Origin: Antedon mediterranea
Taxonomy: Eukaryota; Animalia; Echinodermata
Length of the DNA stretch: 64,000 nucleotides
Reading direction: 5' to 3'
Assembly: GCF_964355755.1 (NCBI RefSeq)
Contig: NC_092674.1
Location: 26,908,001 to 26,972,000, forward strand
In this document: one piece after another, positions 23,901 through 39,177 of the stretch
How positions within the stretch are numbered: the stretch's first letter is position 1
Layout of the letters: the number at the start of each line of letters is the position of its first letter
Position numbers and translations under genes: made by a program
The notes under the pieces: generated by a model
What the model was told of the DNA's origin: nothing
What the model saw: the letters and a program-made list of their open reading frames with translations, nothing else
Database searches by the model: none

Positions 23901-26900
23901 TGTATTGTAGGTCTCTGTTAGTAATTTTGCGAATTCTACAGGGAAATTCTTGCATTATATGATTAATTATTGTTGAATTTGTCCCGTGAGAGACACTGTA
24001 TTAACAGACAAGAAAAACAGAATTAAAATGTGTAGGTTCTGACATGTTATATACATTAGGAATAGTGATATGAACACGTTCAACTGGCTATATGTCATTT
24101 TACTTGTATTACTATGTATTTTGATATTCCAGCTTGATACAGTGATTTCTTATACATATTTGGTTGTTTCGTGCCTAGCTTACTTGGATAAACATTTTGC
24201 CTTCTCTTAGAAGTAAGAGAACAACACAAAAAGGAGAATATTTTGGTTAAACACCCCACCTAGAAATTGGACAGTTCACAAACAACACCCTCTGGTGTGG
24301 ACATCCAACGTCTCACAGTCATTTCTTCTTGTACTGCTGCTAAGCTGAATAATCGTTTTATAAATAATTTTATTTTTTTGTTGTTAAAAAAACATAAAGT
24401 ATATTTAGTTATTCTGTAATCAGCTTCATACAGTAGATAAAATGCATTTTATACTCATATAATGTTTAGACCATATAGTTATACATAGTGAAAATCATTT
24501 TAAACCTGAAATTAATAAACATACCATTAATTTAATAAAAAGGGTTTTGATTATTCTGTTAAAATCCCCTATTTAGATGCCCAAGCAATACAGACATATC
24601 TGGTTGTTTTCAAAATTTGTGTAAAGGCTGCAAACATGAAATTTATGCATTTCAATATGACAGAAATTTTGATATGAATATTTTATGCTCGCTTCAACAT
24701 GCATCAAACCTGTGTCGTTGGTTAGGTGGAATGTATCTCTCTAGAGAAACATTCAGTTAGGTTTTACATACCCCCTGAAGCGGGCGTCTCTATCTCTTGT
24801 GGCATGTTTGTCTGAAAAAAAAAAGTATAGTACAAACATTTTTAACTTTGCAGGAATGTCGAAAAGATTTATTGATAATGGAAATGAAAATATTTGCTGA
24901 ATGTGTTATTCATGTTGGCTAATAAAACATATTGTTTGGAAATTTTGGATCATATCAGTTTCTTGACAATAATGTATTTACTGTAATTCAGTACAACGAC
25001 AAAAAAATGGAAAAAAATAAAATGATTGCAATATGTAGCAGATTCTCAGTACTGTAATTTGTACAGTATCATAGGTACATTCAGGAATATGGTGTCACTT
25101 ATATATCACATGTGTACCTGTGTCATAGGTCACAAGTCTTAATAAAATACAGGTGCCAAAATGTTATACATGTGACTGTGTAATTATGGAATTTGCTATG
25201 AAACTGGGGAAATACCATACATACATTACAAAAAATCGATTGCAATATCACATTTGTTGTTAGTCTATGTTACTGAATACCAGTATATATTATTTTGTTA
25301 TTTTATCTTTTTGGATATGTGTCCATATAGAAATAGAAGTTTTTCCACTGTAATTTTTTAGTTGTTAACAATGATAACATGAACTAAAAATTAAGGGAAC
25401 AAATAAAATATATATATTTATCAAAACATATTATACCTACAGTAACATAATATATTAAAATCATAATTATTGACCAAAAATTAATTTTAAAAACTGGATG
25501 TCACAATGGCAGATATGGTGTTATGGAGGAATCTAGTCATATAAGTTTGGATATGTCCCAAACTACAGGTAGTTCTAGATATTTTAAAGGAAATGTTATG
25601 TACAGCTAGGTACATAGTATTACCTAAATCAACATAACACCACTTGATATCAGATGAATTCACAACCTAGTTATGACGCGAGGTAGTTATATCGATTATT
25701 TAGATATTCTTACTTTATTTTAGTTTAGTTTAGTATATTGCAGAGAAATGTAATCTAGCCCACAGTTGATCAATAATTTGGATAGCCTTACACAATTTGA
25801 ATAGCTAGTATGGGAGTTAAAGATCAGAATAACATACATTAGTAACATATAGTGTATCCAACACTATATGGTCTGTTTACCAACTTAATACGATAGCAAC
25901 ACTTTTAAGTAGATTTGAATCAAATTTCAACTCGGAACGATGGAATAGAGTATAATAATTCATTTATAATAATAAAAAAAAAAGTATCTGAAATTAATAC
26001 ACCTACATTCTAATAAAAATTTTTCCTGTATATCATCTGTTCTTCATATTCAAGGCCCAAATAAATAAAAAATAAGTTTCAAGGCCCCTTATCAATTTTG
26101 GAGCTTTAGGACTTGGTTATAGTTTCATTTTTGACATTTTGTTGGTCTTTTTCAGAAACAAATGTCATCAAAATTGCTGGATCTTGGATATCAAGCATAA
26201 TGGACAATTGTTTCAAAATATTAAAAGTCCCTAAAAAGTAAATTCCAGACTTAAAGTAAAAAAAAAAATTTTTATTTGGTCTAAAATGCATTCTGAATAC
26301 CAGACATGCAAAAATCCAGACATTTTGAGGCAACCAGAGGTGTTACTTTTGGGACCAGTGTTTCAGTGATTTATTACTTTGATATTAATAGAACTGGGAA
26401 AAATGTTTTAATAAAAATGAAATTAGTTACTATGCATATATAATACAATACAATTCTTTATTCTGGAATACTCTTTCAATATATTGTTGGTCTCCCAAAA
26501 AGTCCATATTAAAAAACTTTAGATTAACCTAAAATAAATTTATTTTTATTAGTGTTAATTATAGTAGAGGAATACATATTGTAGACTCTGATAAATGTAT
26601 TATTACTAATTTGATTACTGTTACTAGTATTATTGATTTAGATTAATAATTCAGATTCCAAAAGATACTTGATACCATATAATTTATCGATAATTAATAA
26701 ATCTAATTATGTATATTATTAATTATTACTGCGTGAAATAGTTGTATTAATAAGGCTAATTGATTGGAAATCACAATATTTGACTAGCCTGCGTAGCAAT
26801 CAATAAGTGCGCATGAACCAAGTAATTTAAGACCGATACTGAGCTCTACTTTAATATGAAAGCTTTTAGCCAGTGAATTTTAAGGTTGACTTCCATGAAA

Positions 26901-28004
26901 TCGCGAAATATGGTACAGTGTTACTTGGAAGTTCATATTTTCTAGTGAATAAAATTATATAAGTTATAAAAATTATTAAAGTATATGAAATAAAATGTAA
27001 ACATAAAGAAAAAAGCAGTAAATTAGTATCTTGGGTTTGGTTGGAGAATCCTCGCAGAAAATCTCATATTTTGATTTTTACTAAAAAGAAAAATATATGC
27101 ATTAACACATACAACATTTCCACATTTTGGGATAGAACTTCTTAGTAATATTGAAATCGTTAATTTAAATTAAATAATAATTAATAAGATCATCAGAAAA
27201 ACAAAATAAGATTTTTAGGAATTATGTAATATGAAATGCTGACTGTTTTTTAAATAACTGATTTCTCTTCTTTTTTTTGTAAATGTAACTGATTCCTCCT
27301 CCTTTTTTGTGAAAAATATAACAAACGAAAACAAGGTTTGAAAGGGAAAGCAATTTTATAAATGTAGACGGTTGTTCAATCAAGCATGAAATATGTAATT
27401 TTTCTTCAACAGTCGCCAGTTATACCTATTTATGCAAACATAAATAAAGTGCTAGCATAGAAGAATGAGTGGTTTTGCAGCTAATATGCTTCTTTGATTG
27501 CCTGTATCATAATATGGCAGCGTTCTGATATTCTACCAAAGATTTAACAAAAGGTGCAAATTTGGTACACGTCGCATAAAATAAAAACTATCTTTAGTAT
27601 AGCGCGATTTGAGTATGTCTACCATCATAAAATTTCCTCCCGGCTCCCCAAATAATGGTACTATAGTTGTTTTGTTGATCCGTTTGAAATTGACTTTGAT
27701 GTTTTACAAAACATGGAAGCACTATGTCGACAACATTTTATAGAAATGTTCAACTTTGTTTAAGTGGCCATAAATAATATAGGAAGACTTGTGTTTTGTT
27801 TGTGGTACAAAATGCATTATATTTTAAATCAAAAGACTGATTAGCCTATATATATATTTCTTTTTTTTCCTTTCAAAACAATTACAGTACTGATTTCAGT
27901 ACATAATTGGGTCATGTTTCAAAATGGGATTACAGTATATCTGAGGACCAGCATGGCTTGTGTTCACATGGACATAACATAATATATTATTTATAACAAT
28001 TTAA

Positions 28005-28142
28005 ATCTCTGTCTACACTATAAACTTTATGTAACAAAAAAATGTTATTTGCTCATAATATGGACATGATGATGATGTCATATCTCTAACATATTTGGTT
28101 ACACTTTTTTTGTCAAACTAGTTTGATAGTGTGGACAGAGCT
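28005..28142. mobile_element. MITE family A, copy 2
   Basis: Same TIR and interior as 1208-1365; TAA TSD. Confidence 0.8.
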
Positions 28143-29310
28143 TAACATTGGATGAGCTTACTCCTTTGATTCATACCGTAATAATAATATATATTTAAAT
28201 ATATTTTTTTTGTTTTTGACTGTTTTGACTAACAGATGTAGAATCATTTAATATATTGTGTGACCTCTACAATAAATTAAGGTTAAATTAGAATTAGAAA
28301 GATTACTTGTAGATCTAATAAAGGTTGATTGAACACGATTAGAAAAGAAACGTGATTGTCGCTCCTCTGAAAGGCAACTAGTTTAAAAACTATATAAAAA
28401 AAATGCTTTCACTCGTGTTCCCTTAAAACAGCCTCTCTACATTAAGTGTACATTTTTATCAAATCAAATTTGCATTCAAGATGTGAACTTGAAACTTCAT
28501 GAGGATGTTTTGATTTAAATAGATTTTAATGAATCAGTTCAATGCATTTACGAGTGCACATAAATAATTCCGCACACGTTTTTTACAAGATCAGTGAAAA
28601 CATGAGGTGTTTGCCAATCATTAGAGTAGTCAGGCTTGCATTCAACCTTGATATTTATAGACAGACGTTGCATTTCCCTATCAACTTGACTGCGTAACTT
28701 TAATCTATCAAAACACAGAAAAAAAGGAGACTGTTTACGTGAATGAAGCCAAGTATTTGATAGAATATTACATTATAGTTACTTCCCATGTATTGTTCAA
28801 AGAAATGTTTACCGTATGCTCTTAGAGAAGGGCTATCTGTAGCAAGTTGTTAAAGTGGCTAGACAGCTTGTTGTCTCATGATACTCAGGTAATTGCATCA
28901 CACATAAATTCAGTATATTGCTATATAGGTTTCGCAACTTTGCATACTGCCTTATCATGGACTATTTAGTACTGGCCCTTCTATTTAGTGCTTTCCCAAT
29001 GAGTAAACTCTCTGATACTTTATAAATTTTTTCTTTGTGAACTATGGTAATACAAAACGAGTACCAGTTCTAACCACCAGTGATTAGATTTATCAAATGC
29101 TCCTAGCAAAATAATCTTCTGAAAACTTTGTTTCAAGTTAATGATTTTGCTTAAATCAGTTTCAAAATGACCTCCTAAGAAATTATTACATATATTTTTT
29201 GTCTTTCAATCTTGAATGATAAAGTCCATTTCATATTAGATAAAAGGTTTCTTTAAAAAAGCCTATGTTTTTCATTTTCTTAACTGTCATTATCATAGTT
29301 TCTAAATGTT

Positions 29311-29366
29311 AATTTTCGGGCCAGCTAAGATTTGGGCTAATTTTCGGGCAAGCTAAGATGTTGGCT
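29311..29366. repeat. 28-bp tandem duplication
   Basis: AATTTTCGGGC(C/A)AGCTAAGAT(T/G)T(G/T)GGCT twice. Confidence 0.7.
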
Positions 29367-30969
29367 GTCTTAAATTATTAGAACAAAGTCATAGTTCTGA
29401 ATGTTTTCATTGATAAACAAATTGTTGTTATTAAAATAAGTAATTAATAATGAAGGATGTTTCAAATAATATAATACAATGTTCAATTACAAATTGTTTG
29501 TATCACAAATAGAGGGGGAAGTATTTTCTTAAGATAATTTGCAAAGTAAACATTTTAATTTAATCTTGACCCTGGCCATTGAACTTTACTTGACCTTTTT
29601 GTCGAAATCCTCCTCGTTCCTCTTTGTGTGAAAACCTCACTTCACGTACAACTAATTGTCCATTTCCTACAGTTTGTACAGTACAGCCTTCTTCGGAGTT
29701 ATATCAATTTCTAATTGCAATGATACCATTTCGGTGGTCTATTGGCTCGTTTTGGTTATTTAAACCTCAAAATTATATTATAAGACCCTGTATTGTTCCA
29801 ATACAATTGAAGATATACTTTTATAATCGGTTGTTTTGGGATATTTTTACAAATAAGAGGGTTGTAAAGACTATAACAGGACTCGGCCATGAACTGAGAG
29901 TATCATTTCCCTGATATTACTATTATTGTTATTATTACATAACAAACGCATTGTAGTCAACCTTTTCACCTTCCTTGGACTTAAGTCCTATATTCCATAG
30001 GGAAAAACAAATGGACATGCGGCTCCTATTAATGCCATGGTCAAGTTTAATTTGTCTGTTAATAATCTTGATTGAGAGGAAAGTATATAAATATGATTTG
30101 AATCTGTCAATGCTATTCCATCGTAATTACATCACCCTCTGATGACAGAGTTATTTACCAGGGTTGGATTTTACTAGGAAAACAAACTGAATTTAAAATA
30201 TAGGTAGAGGAAAAATAGAATTTGAATTTAACAAAAAATGATCATCATTAATGATACAGTGTGTAATGTTAATACAAATGCTTAAGATCTCTACTTAAAA
30301 ATTAGGATGTGTAACCGATATTTTCTGAAAACATTTTTAAAAACCTAGATAAATTACATCAAAGACTAAAATACCTAGTTGCCACAATAATTTTACATTT
30401 GCCTTTCGGGCAAGTGTAAAGCTTATTGTTACAAACAAGCTCGTAAATAGGCTAATATCTTTAGCGTGGCATTACTGAGCAAGATATTGTATAGTATAAA
30501 TTCCAAATTATACAACTGACATTTGTGTTGAATTGAATTGATGTTTAGTAATAATTACAAAGCAAATAATTAGTAACAAATTAATTCTGTTACTCGGAAA
30601 ATTGCTTTTTCATTGTTGCTCCATAAAAAAATTAGGACTAACGAATAATTTGAATATTGAATTAGGTGATTGATTTTGTGAATGATGTTGGATGAACCGT
30701 ATGAATGGAAAAGACTATTCCGTGTTTACGGTCAGCCTGCAGCCTGATGGTACTGCCCGAGGGCATCCATCCATTCATCAATAATTTATTTCTCTTCTGT
30801 ACTCCAATGAACTTCAAAACATCTAGAAATCAATATTTGTTGTGATAGATAGAAGCGGATAGAGTATTATCTGTTTTCTCATTGGTGGAATGTCTTAGTT
30901 GTTTTTATGTGTATTCAAGAAAAGATTGATTAAGGAATTTGGTATACTGTATTAAAGTAATTAGTCTAA

Positions 30970-31123
30970 AGCTCTGTCTACACTATCAAACTAGTTTGAA
31001 AAAAAAAAAATATGTGCCCAAATATGGTAGTGATATGCCCAAATAAGGTAGTGATATGACATCATGTCCATATGGGCATATCACATTTTTTATCACGTAA
31101 AGTTTAATAGTGTAGGCAGAGCT
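30970..31123. mobile_element. MITE family A, copy 3 (opposite orientation)
   Basis: Reverse complement of copy 1; flanks TAA/TTA. Confidence 0.8.
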
Positions 31124-32674
31124 TTAAACTGTACATTTTCTTTTTCCATTTGTTGGTCTCTTTCATTGAGCAATTCCATATTAGTATTGTTATAAATCTT
31201 GCATTCCATATTATTATTATATGTAAATTAATTGTTAATAATTTATATTAATACGATATTTTGAATTATAAATAGGTTTTGCTAGATTTTCAATTTGTGG
31301 TCTTATTTCATCGGTGGAGTTTCATTGCTGCTTATAAATGACATGCATTAAAAAATAAAATACAACATTTTTAAAGCTTCAAAATTAAAATGTATTTTGA
31401 AGTTGTTAGTGCTTTAGAGAAGAAACTGGTTTTATTGTATTATATTTTTCATTCACCATTGTTTTTTTTTTATTGAGTTTATAATTTTATTATGCAATTT
31501 TATCTGTCACGTTCATGGGCTACTAAACAATACAGCTATTGAAAATAGCCTTCATTTTCACTTTATTAATCAGGATAATAAATTTGTCAAATTTCAAATT
31601 TTTTCATAACAATATAAAGTCTGTTCTGGAAAAAATTTATAATATTTATATATAATTTATTATACTTCTGGTAGTGGAAAAAATATTCTTAATATTCTAT
31701 CATCATTCCTTTAATTTGTATTTCTTTTAAAATAGGAGTAAATCATCAAAATCAATCAATCAATGATTTTAGAAAAGTATTTATTGGTCTAAACTGATAT
31801 TTTAATTTTTTTTAAGGACAGGGAGATTTTTTTCCTTTTTTTAAATTAGTTCATAGATTGTGCGGTTCCTTTTATTTTCATTATTTTGAGTAGATTAAAA
31901 CTTGGCCTTAGATACAATACATTTAATGAAAATTAAATTACAAAGAAAAGGAAATAATTAAGGCATTAATTTGCGCAGTATACTACACCTGTTAGTTTAT
32001 CTTTCAGAGCCTAGACCTTGTACACTGTAGTAACCTTCATTAGTTCATAAAAAAAGAAAGTGCTTGTTGAAATATAAGCAATTTTTGTATAAAGTCCTTG
32101 AAGTTCAAGTAAACAATCTGTATATTATCATTTTGTGCTGTAAAATGTTCTTTTATGATTAAAAGATAATTTGAAGAGATTTAAAATGTCTATATAATGA
32201 TGCTATTTGATAATGTTTTGTACACTGTTAATTTTAATCATGTAGGCCTTTGTATTGTTTTGTATGTTGATGAGGTAATTAGGTCAATCATTATTTATTG
32301 TAAACATGAATATGTATGTAATAAAATGCATTTTGAAAACAATATATTTCATAGTTATATTTCATGTTCCACGTTGGAAATAAATTTTAAATTTTCTTAC
32401 AAATCATAATGATAAATATTAATTGAATATTAATTGGAATTTAAAGGAATAATAATCAAATGGATAATGTGGCAATTAACAAATATATTTTGTGATGCAT
32501 TTCTACGTGGATTACATATACGGTAATAATAAAGATAATACTCAAACCATTACATTTTTCCTAATCTCAGATATTGTTGTTTTTAGAACTCTTCAGCTGA
32601 GCTCTAAATATTATTTTTGATCAAAGCCTACTGCAATATTTAGTAACTAATGTGTTTTTTTTTTGTCTTCGTAG

Positions 32675-32992
32675 GTTGGTATAACCGATAACGGAGTGCC
32701 ACCGATGAGTACTGTAGCCATGGTGATAGTCAAAGTGACAGATCTGAACGACAATAAGCCACGGTTCACAAAGAACTACTACAACCCAAAGATTCCCGCT
32801 AAGAACAAAACATCCGAATCAATACCGATATTTCGGGTTTTCGCAACAGACACCGATGCTGGTCCTAACGCGGAATTGAGTTACTTTATTACTCAGGGAA
32901 ACGATAATCAACGGTTCTCGCTGGATGCAAAGACCGGTGTACTGTCAACTCGCAAAGCATTAGATGCATCCGTGAGATATCCCCTTCTTTCC
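32675..32992 (+). CDS. FAT1: FAT exon, cadherin repeats
   Basis: tag|GTT...TCC|gtaagt; DLNDNKPRF and ATDTD motifs. Confidence 0.92.
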
Positions 32993-33209
32993 GTAAGTAA
33001 TTTATTTTTTATTTAAATGAAATGGAACATTATTTTGTTATTCAGGAAAGTAAAAAAAAGAATGTCCACAGTAGTCATCATGATTTTTTTAAGCCTATTG
33101 CTGTAACCATTTTCATAATCATCGTTACAATTCAATTACTTAATATTACATTACAGTATTACCAAGTAATATTTGTACCATTACATTTTTTTTATATTTC
33201 ATCTATTAG

Positions 33210-33426
33210 TTGGCAGTACTGGATACAGGAACTCCTAAGCAGAAGAAAGGGACAGCTAAAATTTCATTGACAGTTTTTGATAGCCCCGATAATTCACCAA
33301 ATCCACCAGAATTTATGTGGTTTAGTCCGTCAGTTGAAGTACAAGAAAAATTGGAAATCGGCAAGCTTGTCGATCGTGTAGTAGCCGAAGATCCAGACGG
33401 GGATGAATTATATTATAAAATTATAG
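33210..33426 (+). CDS. FAT1: FAT exon, cadherin repeats
   Basis: tag|TTG...G|gtaagt; AEDPDGD. Confidence 0.9.
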
Positions 33427-33811
33427 GTAAGTCCTTACCTGTTCTACCACAAGAACCATGTTCGAGGAGAACCATGAACATGTCGATTGTTTGACTGTCG
33501 TTTGCAATGCCTCTCCCTTAAACGCTAGGTCACTCAACTCAACACCTTGACAAAGATATTGTAAGAATGCCATGTTTTATTCATCAGTGATCATAACGTT
33601 TCCAATTTTTATTTAACACTTATATATATTTAAAGTACATGTTTTGTTTTTGTCTATACTGTAGTAGCACAAGTTTCCCAAGATGTCCTGACATATAACT
33701 CATGGGGTCAAAATTATGATACTAGGCTTGCAAACCCCGAACTGCATCGTCTACACCACCCTCCAATCAAATATCATTTATAATAATCATGACAAATTAA
33801 TTTTTTTTCAG

Positions 33812-33951
33812 ATGGTGATCCAACTAGTACTTTCTGTATTGATCCAAACAATGGCGTTATTCAGTTAGCATTACCTTTGGATTGGGAAGTAAATCCTAAC
33901 TACGACCTCACTATTACGGTCACCGATGGCACTCACACGATAGAACAAGTT
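33812..33951 (+). CDS. FAT1: FAT exon, cadherin repeats (not in ORF track)
   Basis: cag|AT...GTT|gtacgt; LDWEVNPNYDLTITVTDG. Confidence 0.9.
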
Positions 33952-34180
33952 GTACGTAATGTTTGTTTATTTTATAAAGCTTATTTGATCATTGGAAACT
34001 CTCTCAAAATTCCAAAAGGTCCCAAATTTGTTTTTGTTTCGTAATACAAAAAATGTGTTCATACTATTGAAATTCATTTAGACAAGAAGACTTGCAAGAA
34101 AAGCAAATATACTGCATAGTGGAAGAGTCTTTATTGGATTTTGTATTAAATAATAATTAATTAAACATTTTTTTTCTTAG

Positions 34181-34667
34181 CTTCGAGTGAATATCCTGGA
34201 TTCTAATGATAATGCCCCAGAGTTTGACAAAACAGAATACGAAGTGATCACCTCAGAAAACACGCCGGTCACCACTAATATACTTAAAGTTACAGCAACA
34301 GATAGAGATTCAGCAAGCTTTCTATCGTACACAGTACTAGACAACACCGACTCGGCCAGGGAACGTCTCTTCACGGTAGATGGCCGTACTGGAACTATAG
34401 CTGTTGCCAAACGTTTAGACCACGAGAACCGAAAGACGCATACATTGAATATAATGGCGCAAGACCACGGAACACCCACCAAAAGTGCTTATGCACGTGT
34501 CGTAATCAGGGTTACAGATTTTAACGACCACGCACCTTCGTGCCATCCGGAGGGATTTAGTGGACGTGTGTACGAGAGTGCTGCACCTGGCACACAGATC
34601 TTACAAGTTACAGCTGTTGATCTCGATAAAGGAGACAATGCTAAATTATCTTATAATATCGAAAGCG
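34181..34667 (+). CDS. FAT1: FAT exon, cadherin repeats
   Basis: tag|CTT...G|gtgagt; DSNDNAPEF, LDHE. Confidence 0.92.
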
Positions 34668-37352
34668 GTGAGTTTACCAGCAATATGGTTCATTTATATT
34701 CCTGTAGGCCTGATTTTTTAAATTGGGGTCTGCATCTTATAGTATAATGAGTATGTAGTTGACCAATTTCTTAAAGGTCAAGGCCTAGATACAATTTTGG
34801 AAATAGCCATTTTTATTGATGTTTGTAGTATGATGGAATTTAACATTCATTGTTTTATCAATGACATAATCATCAACACAACATCCAAATCAGGTCCAAT
34901 TGTCCCATTATTTAGCTAAGTAAATTCAGCTATAGCAAAGGCTACATTATATGCGTGGTGAGTAAAACAAAAAGAAAGTATTTGTTTAATCATAGAGAAT
35001 TTATTAGTATAGATACTAAATAATACTCTTATTTACTTTATTAATTTGTAACAGCTTAGGGAATTAATGTGTTAAGTAGTCTAGTTTTTATCAATTTCCA
35101 AGAATATTATAAGTAGTATTATGTTCACTTGCAGCATATGTCTTGGTTGACGCTGAAAATTACAAATAGAATGAAGATTGAACATTATTAAAGCCAAATA
35201 TATCATACATCAGTGATGAGAAGTGTTAAAATCAATGTTCCGTAAACTAGCTCACACTATCACCAGGTTCTGCCGTCGTCACATTATTTATTAGTTGCTG
35301 TAGGCAATTACAGTTCGTTTTTTTACAACAGTGTTTAGAGTTTCTTAACGGTTGTTGAGTATGTGAGGGGTTTGTTGTCAAGGGAGTTGATGTGGTTCTT
35401 GTACTAGAATAAGGACGCCACCAGGCTAGGTTAATGAACCAACTGTTGTCCCAGCTGAAATGACTAAGTTTACATTAATGTACCCCTGGTTAAGGCTCAT
35501 TATGACAGGGCTTGCTGTGGCTTACGTATGCAAAGATTGCCTAGGTAGCTAGCTTTTTACACAAAGGTTACAGGATACCTTAGGGCTGGTACTAAAAGTT
35601 GAGGGCAGTTAACAAGTTTTAATCCAGCTGCTCCTCCTCCTTGCATACAAAAAAATATAGGAATTTAATACTAATATGGGAAAAAGGATTTATTTTCTGT
35701 TTATTCTTGCCATAGTTTAATAAGATATAAACACATAATGTGCCAAAGTCCGGTACAGTTATTTAATTCCTTGACTTTCAATCCATATTCCTTCATTTAA
35801 ATCATGAATATTCCTGTAGTTGCGATCGATGTCTCTGATATTCAAGCCTGCCTGTCTCAATGATTTCTTGTTCTTATAAACTGGAGAGGACGATCAATCG
35901 GATATTCCCTCTGGCTTATGAACTCAACTTTGTTAATGACTTTGCATTTGAGACTGACTTGAAAGACTGATTTATACCAACTACAAAATATAACTTGATG
36001 TCATGAATATATATCTCTATATCAAGTTAAAATCCAGCTATATAATACTGTATAGCAAAGTATATTCACTTCAATATTTCACTCTCACTTACTTTATTAT
36101 TGTACACCCTTATTTTAGGGTATAATATGGTACCTGTATTAGTGTACACATTATTTGGTTTTTTTTTTTAAAGTAAATAAGATATCACAGAAAAATATTA
36201 TCTTTTTTTGAAACATTTTGACTGGTCCTACACACTATTCAATGTTGGCGTTCACACAGTCAAACATTTAATAGCAAGCAAACCTTGGACAGGCAATATC
36301 ATTTTTTCTCTTCTTATTCAAAATCAATAAAATACTTTATTAAATTTTTTCCTTTGATATTTAATTCGTAATCAAATTTTGATTTAAACAAATTTTTAAT
36401 TATTTTTATTGATTTATTCAATTGAAAGATCAGATAAGATATGATTCATAAAACATATTACATGTTTCATGATAATTTAATTTCCAATATTGAATAAAAA
36501 AATGCGTTTACAAATCAGGCTCGATATTTCCAAGTAAATCGGTAAAATGTAATGTTTTATCGTCAAAATTGTACAAAAAATAAAATGATTACAAATTTAT
36601 TGCTTCCTGGGAAAGAAAAAACAAATGACACGTTTTGAAAAATATAATTTATAGGGAAAAAGTGTAAAAACTGTTTATGCCATAGTTAATGATATTATTG
36701 TTTCTTCAAAATATGCGACTGTAGTTGAGAAGTGTGTGTTTTTTTTCATAATTATTTGTTAATTATTATCTCAACATTGTTTTATTTGTTTTCCTAAACT
36801 ATTATATTTAATCAGTAACCAGAAATGGCAAAAGGAAAGGTTTGTTACAAGACCTGCCCACCTACATCCTAATCTCCAATATTCCCCTCGCCCATTAGTG
36901 TAGTACCACAATCCATTTTAAACTTTAACTGCTTAATATTGTGAAAATAGATTTTAACAAAGTTTTTTAACACTTTTGCAGACTTACTTCGTATGATCTT
37001 TTCATATTTTTATTTTACTTTTTATTACAAAATTGTTCACTTTGTAATTTAAAATTGTTAATGTTTTTTTTTTATTTTGCAAAAGTTTGTGAAGTATGTG
37101 TCTAAAATTTTGAAATAACATTTTTTAGGAATTTAGTTTTTTTGATTTTATCACTAATTCTTTAGCACAATTTTCACATTTTTAAGTCTTTTAATGTTAA
37201 GAATTCACTTTTTTGCAGTTTAATTTTTTTCACAGTTTCCACATTTCTAACATAATCTATGTATTGTGCTTTTAAATCTCTTTTATTTTTGTGTTTAAAT
37301 CTTTTAGTTTTAATGTAGTTTATTTATTTTTATTCTTATTTCTCTTTTTTAG

Positions 37353-38848
37353 GAAATCCTGATAATGATTTTTCAATAATGCCGGCTTTTGGGTATATAT
37401 CCGTGGGTGCGGAATTAGACCGCAGCAAGAAATCTTTTTACCAAATGGTAGTCAGAGTACAAGATCATGGCGTTCCAATAAAAAGTTGCACATGTAATGT
37501 GAATATTACTGTAACAATCTCCGACAATGCCCCACCAAAGTTCCTCATCAAAGAATATATGGAGAATGTGTATGAAAACCTTCCAGCTAGAACGCCAGTT
37601 GTTGTTGCTGAAGCTGTTAGTCAGTCTTCAGTCGTGTACGAGATAATAAACGGTAATGAAGCAAACCACTTTGAGGTCAACCCAAGCACTGGGGTCGTCT
37701 CCACGTTGGTACCTCTTGATTACGAAGCTCAAACGGTATATAATATTACCGTTCAGGCTACTAACATGGTTGGACTCTCAGCAATAGTCTTTGTGATCGT
37801 TCATGTAGAAGATGTGAATGATAATGCGCCCGAATTCCTCTACACCATGTACCAGGGCAACATAACCGAATCCAAGCCTCCAAACAGCCCTATTCTTGAC
37901 AGTTATGGACGACCTCTAGTGATAAGTGCGCAAGATGAAGATAACGACCATAACGCCCATCTTCTCTACCAAATTATTGAAATTGAAGCGCAGAAGTATT
38001 TTAAGATTGATGCTAACACCGGTGCTATCAGATCTAAGGTGTTGTTAGATCATGAGGAAAGAAGCCAATTTAAATTCACAGTACAAGTAAGAGATAGTGG
38101 AGAACCACAACTACAATGCATCAATCCTGTTGATGTACTAGTCACCATCGTCGACATCAATGACTCCCCACCAGTCTTTGATAAAAATGTCTATGACACT
38201 CTTTTAGTTCTTCCAACATACAAAGACGTTGCTGTTGTCACAGTGCATGCAACTGATGCAGATACTGCCAGCATCACAAGTCTTGAATATTCCATCACGG
38301 CAGGAGATCCAGAAAAGAGATTCTCGATAAATTCCCTAACAGGAACAATCACCGTTGTAAATACGACAAACCTTATGAGGAATTACGTACTCACTGTTAC
38401 CGTTTCTGACGGTATGAACAAAGGTACCACAGAAGTGCGTATATCAGTGCAACAGGCGTTAGAATCCGAACTACGATTTGCAAAAGACAGCTACTCTGCC
38501 GCGATAATTGAAAATGACCCCACCATAAAAATCCTCGCACTTGTGTCAGCTGTTGGAAATGCGCTTAATGAGCCCCTTGAATACAGGATTCTAAACCCTG
38601 ACAAAATGTTCAATATCTCGAAAACCTCCGGCATTCTTCGCACAATGGGGATCCCATTTGATCGGGAAGCCAAACAAGAATATACTATAGTGGTAGAAGT
38701 GAGTGACACAAGGGTAATTCCTCGCAGAGCGCATGTCCTGGTGAACATTAAAGTACTTGACGAGAATGATAATGTGCCGATGTTTGTTCACGTCGATTAC
38801 AAAGCAGTGGTCCAGGTAGAAGCAGAGGTTGGAAGTATCGTGCGAAAG
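37353..38848 (+). CDS. FAT1: FAT exon, cadherin repeats
   Basis: tag|GA...AAG|gtatgc; multiple DxNDxxP and LDxE motifs. Confidence 0.93.
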
Positions 38849-39177
38849 GTATGCAATGTTAAACATTTGGTAATAAACTGGTTTGTGGGAGGAGGAATGG
38901 GCAATAGGTAATTGGTGAAATTCTGCTTTAAAAATTTAATTTGCAATATTGGGAGAGAACACTATTATAACAGCTTTGAAGAAGACTAGTCTCTTAGGTA
39001 GACCCGGGGCCCATTTTCCCCATGGCATCATTTACATCCTCACTAATATTCGTAGCAGCCTAACAGCCTCATTATTTGGTCATTGTCCATTGATCATTAT
39101 CCATTTACAATGTTGTATAACATCTGTAAAACTGAAATACAAAAATATTTACCTAGCTTTCCTTCTTTGTTTTATAG

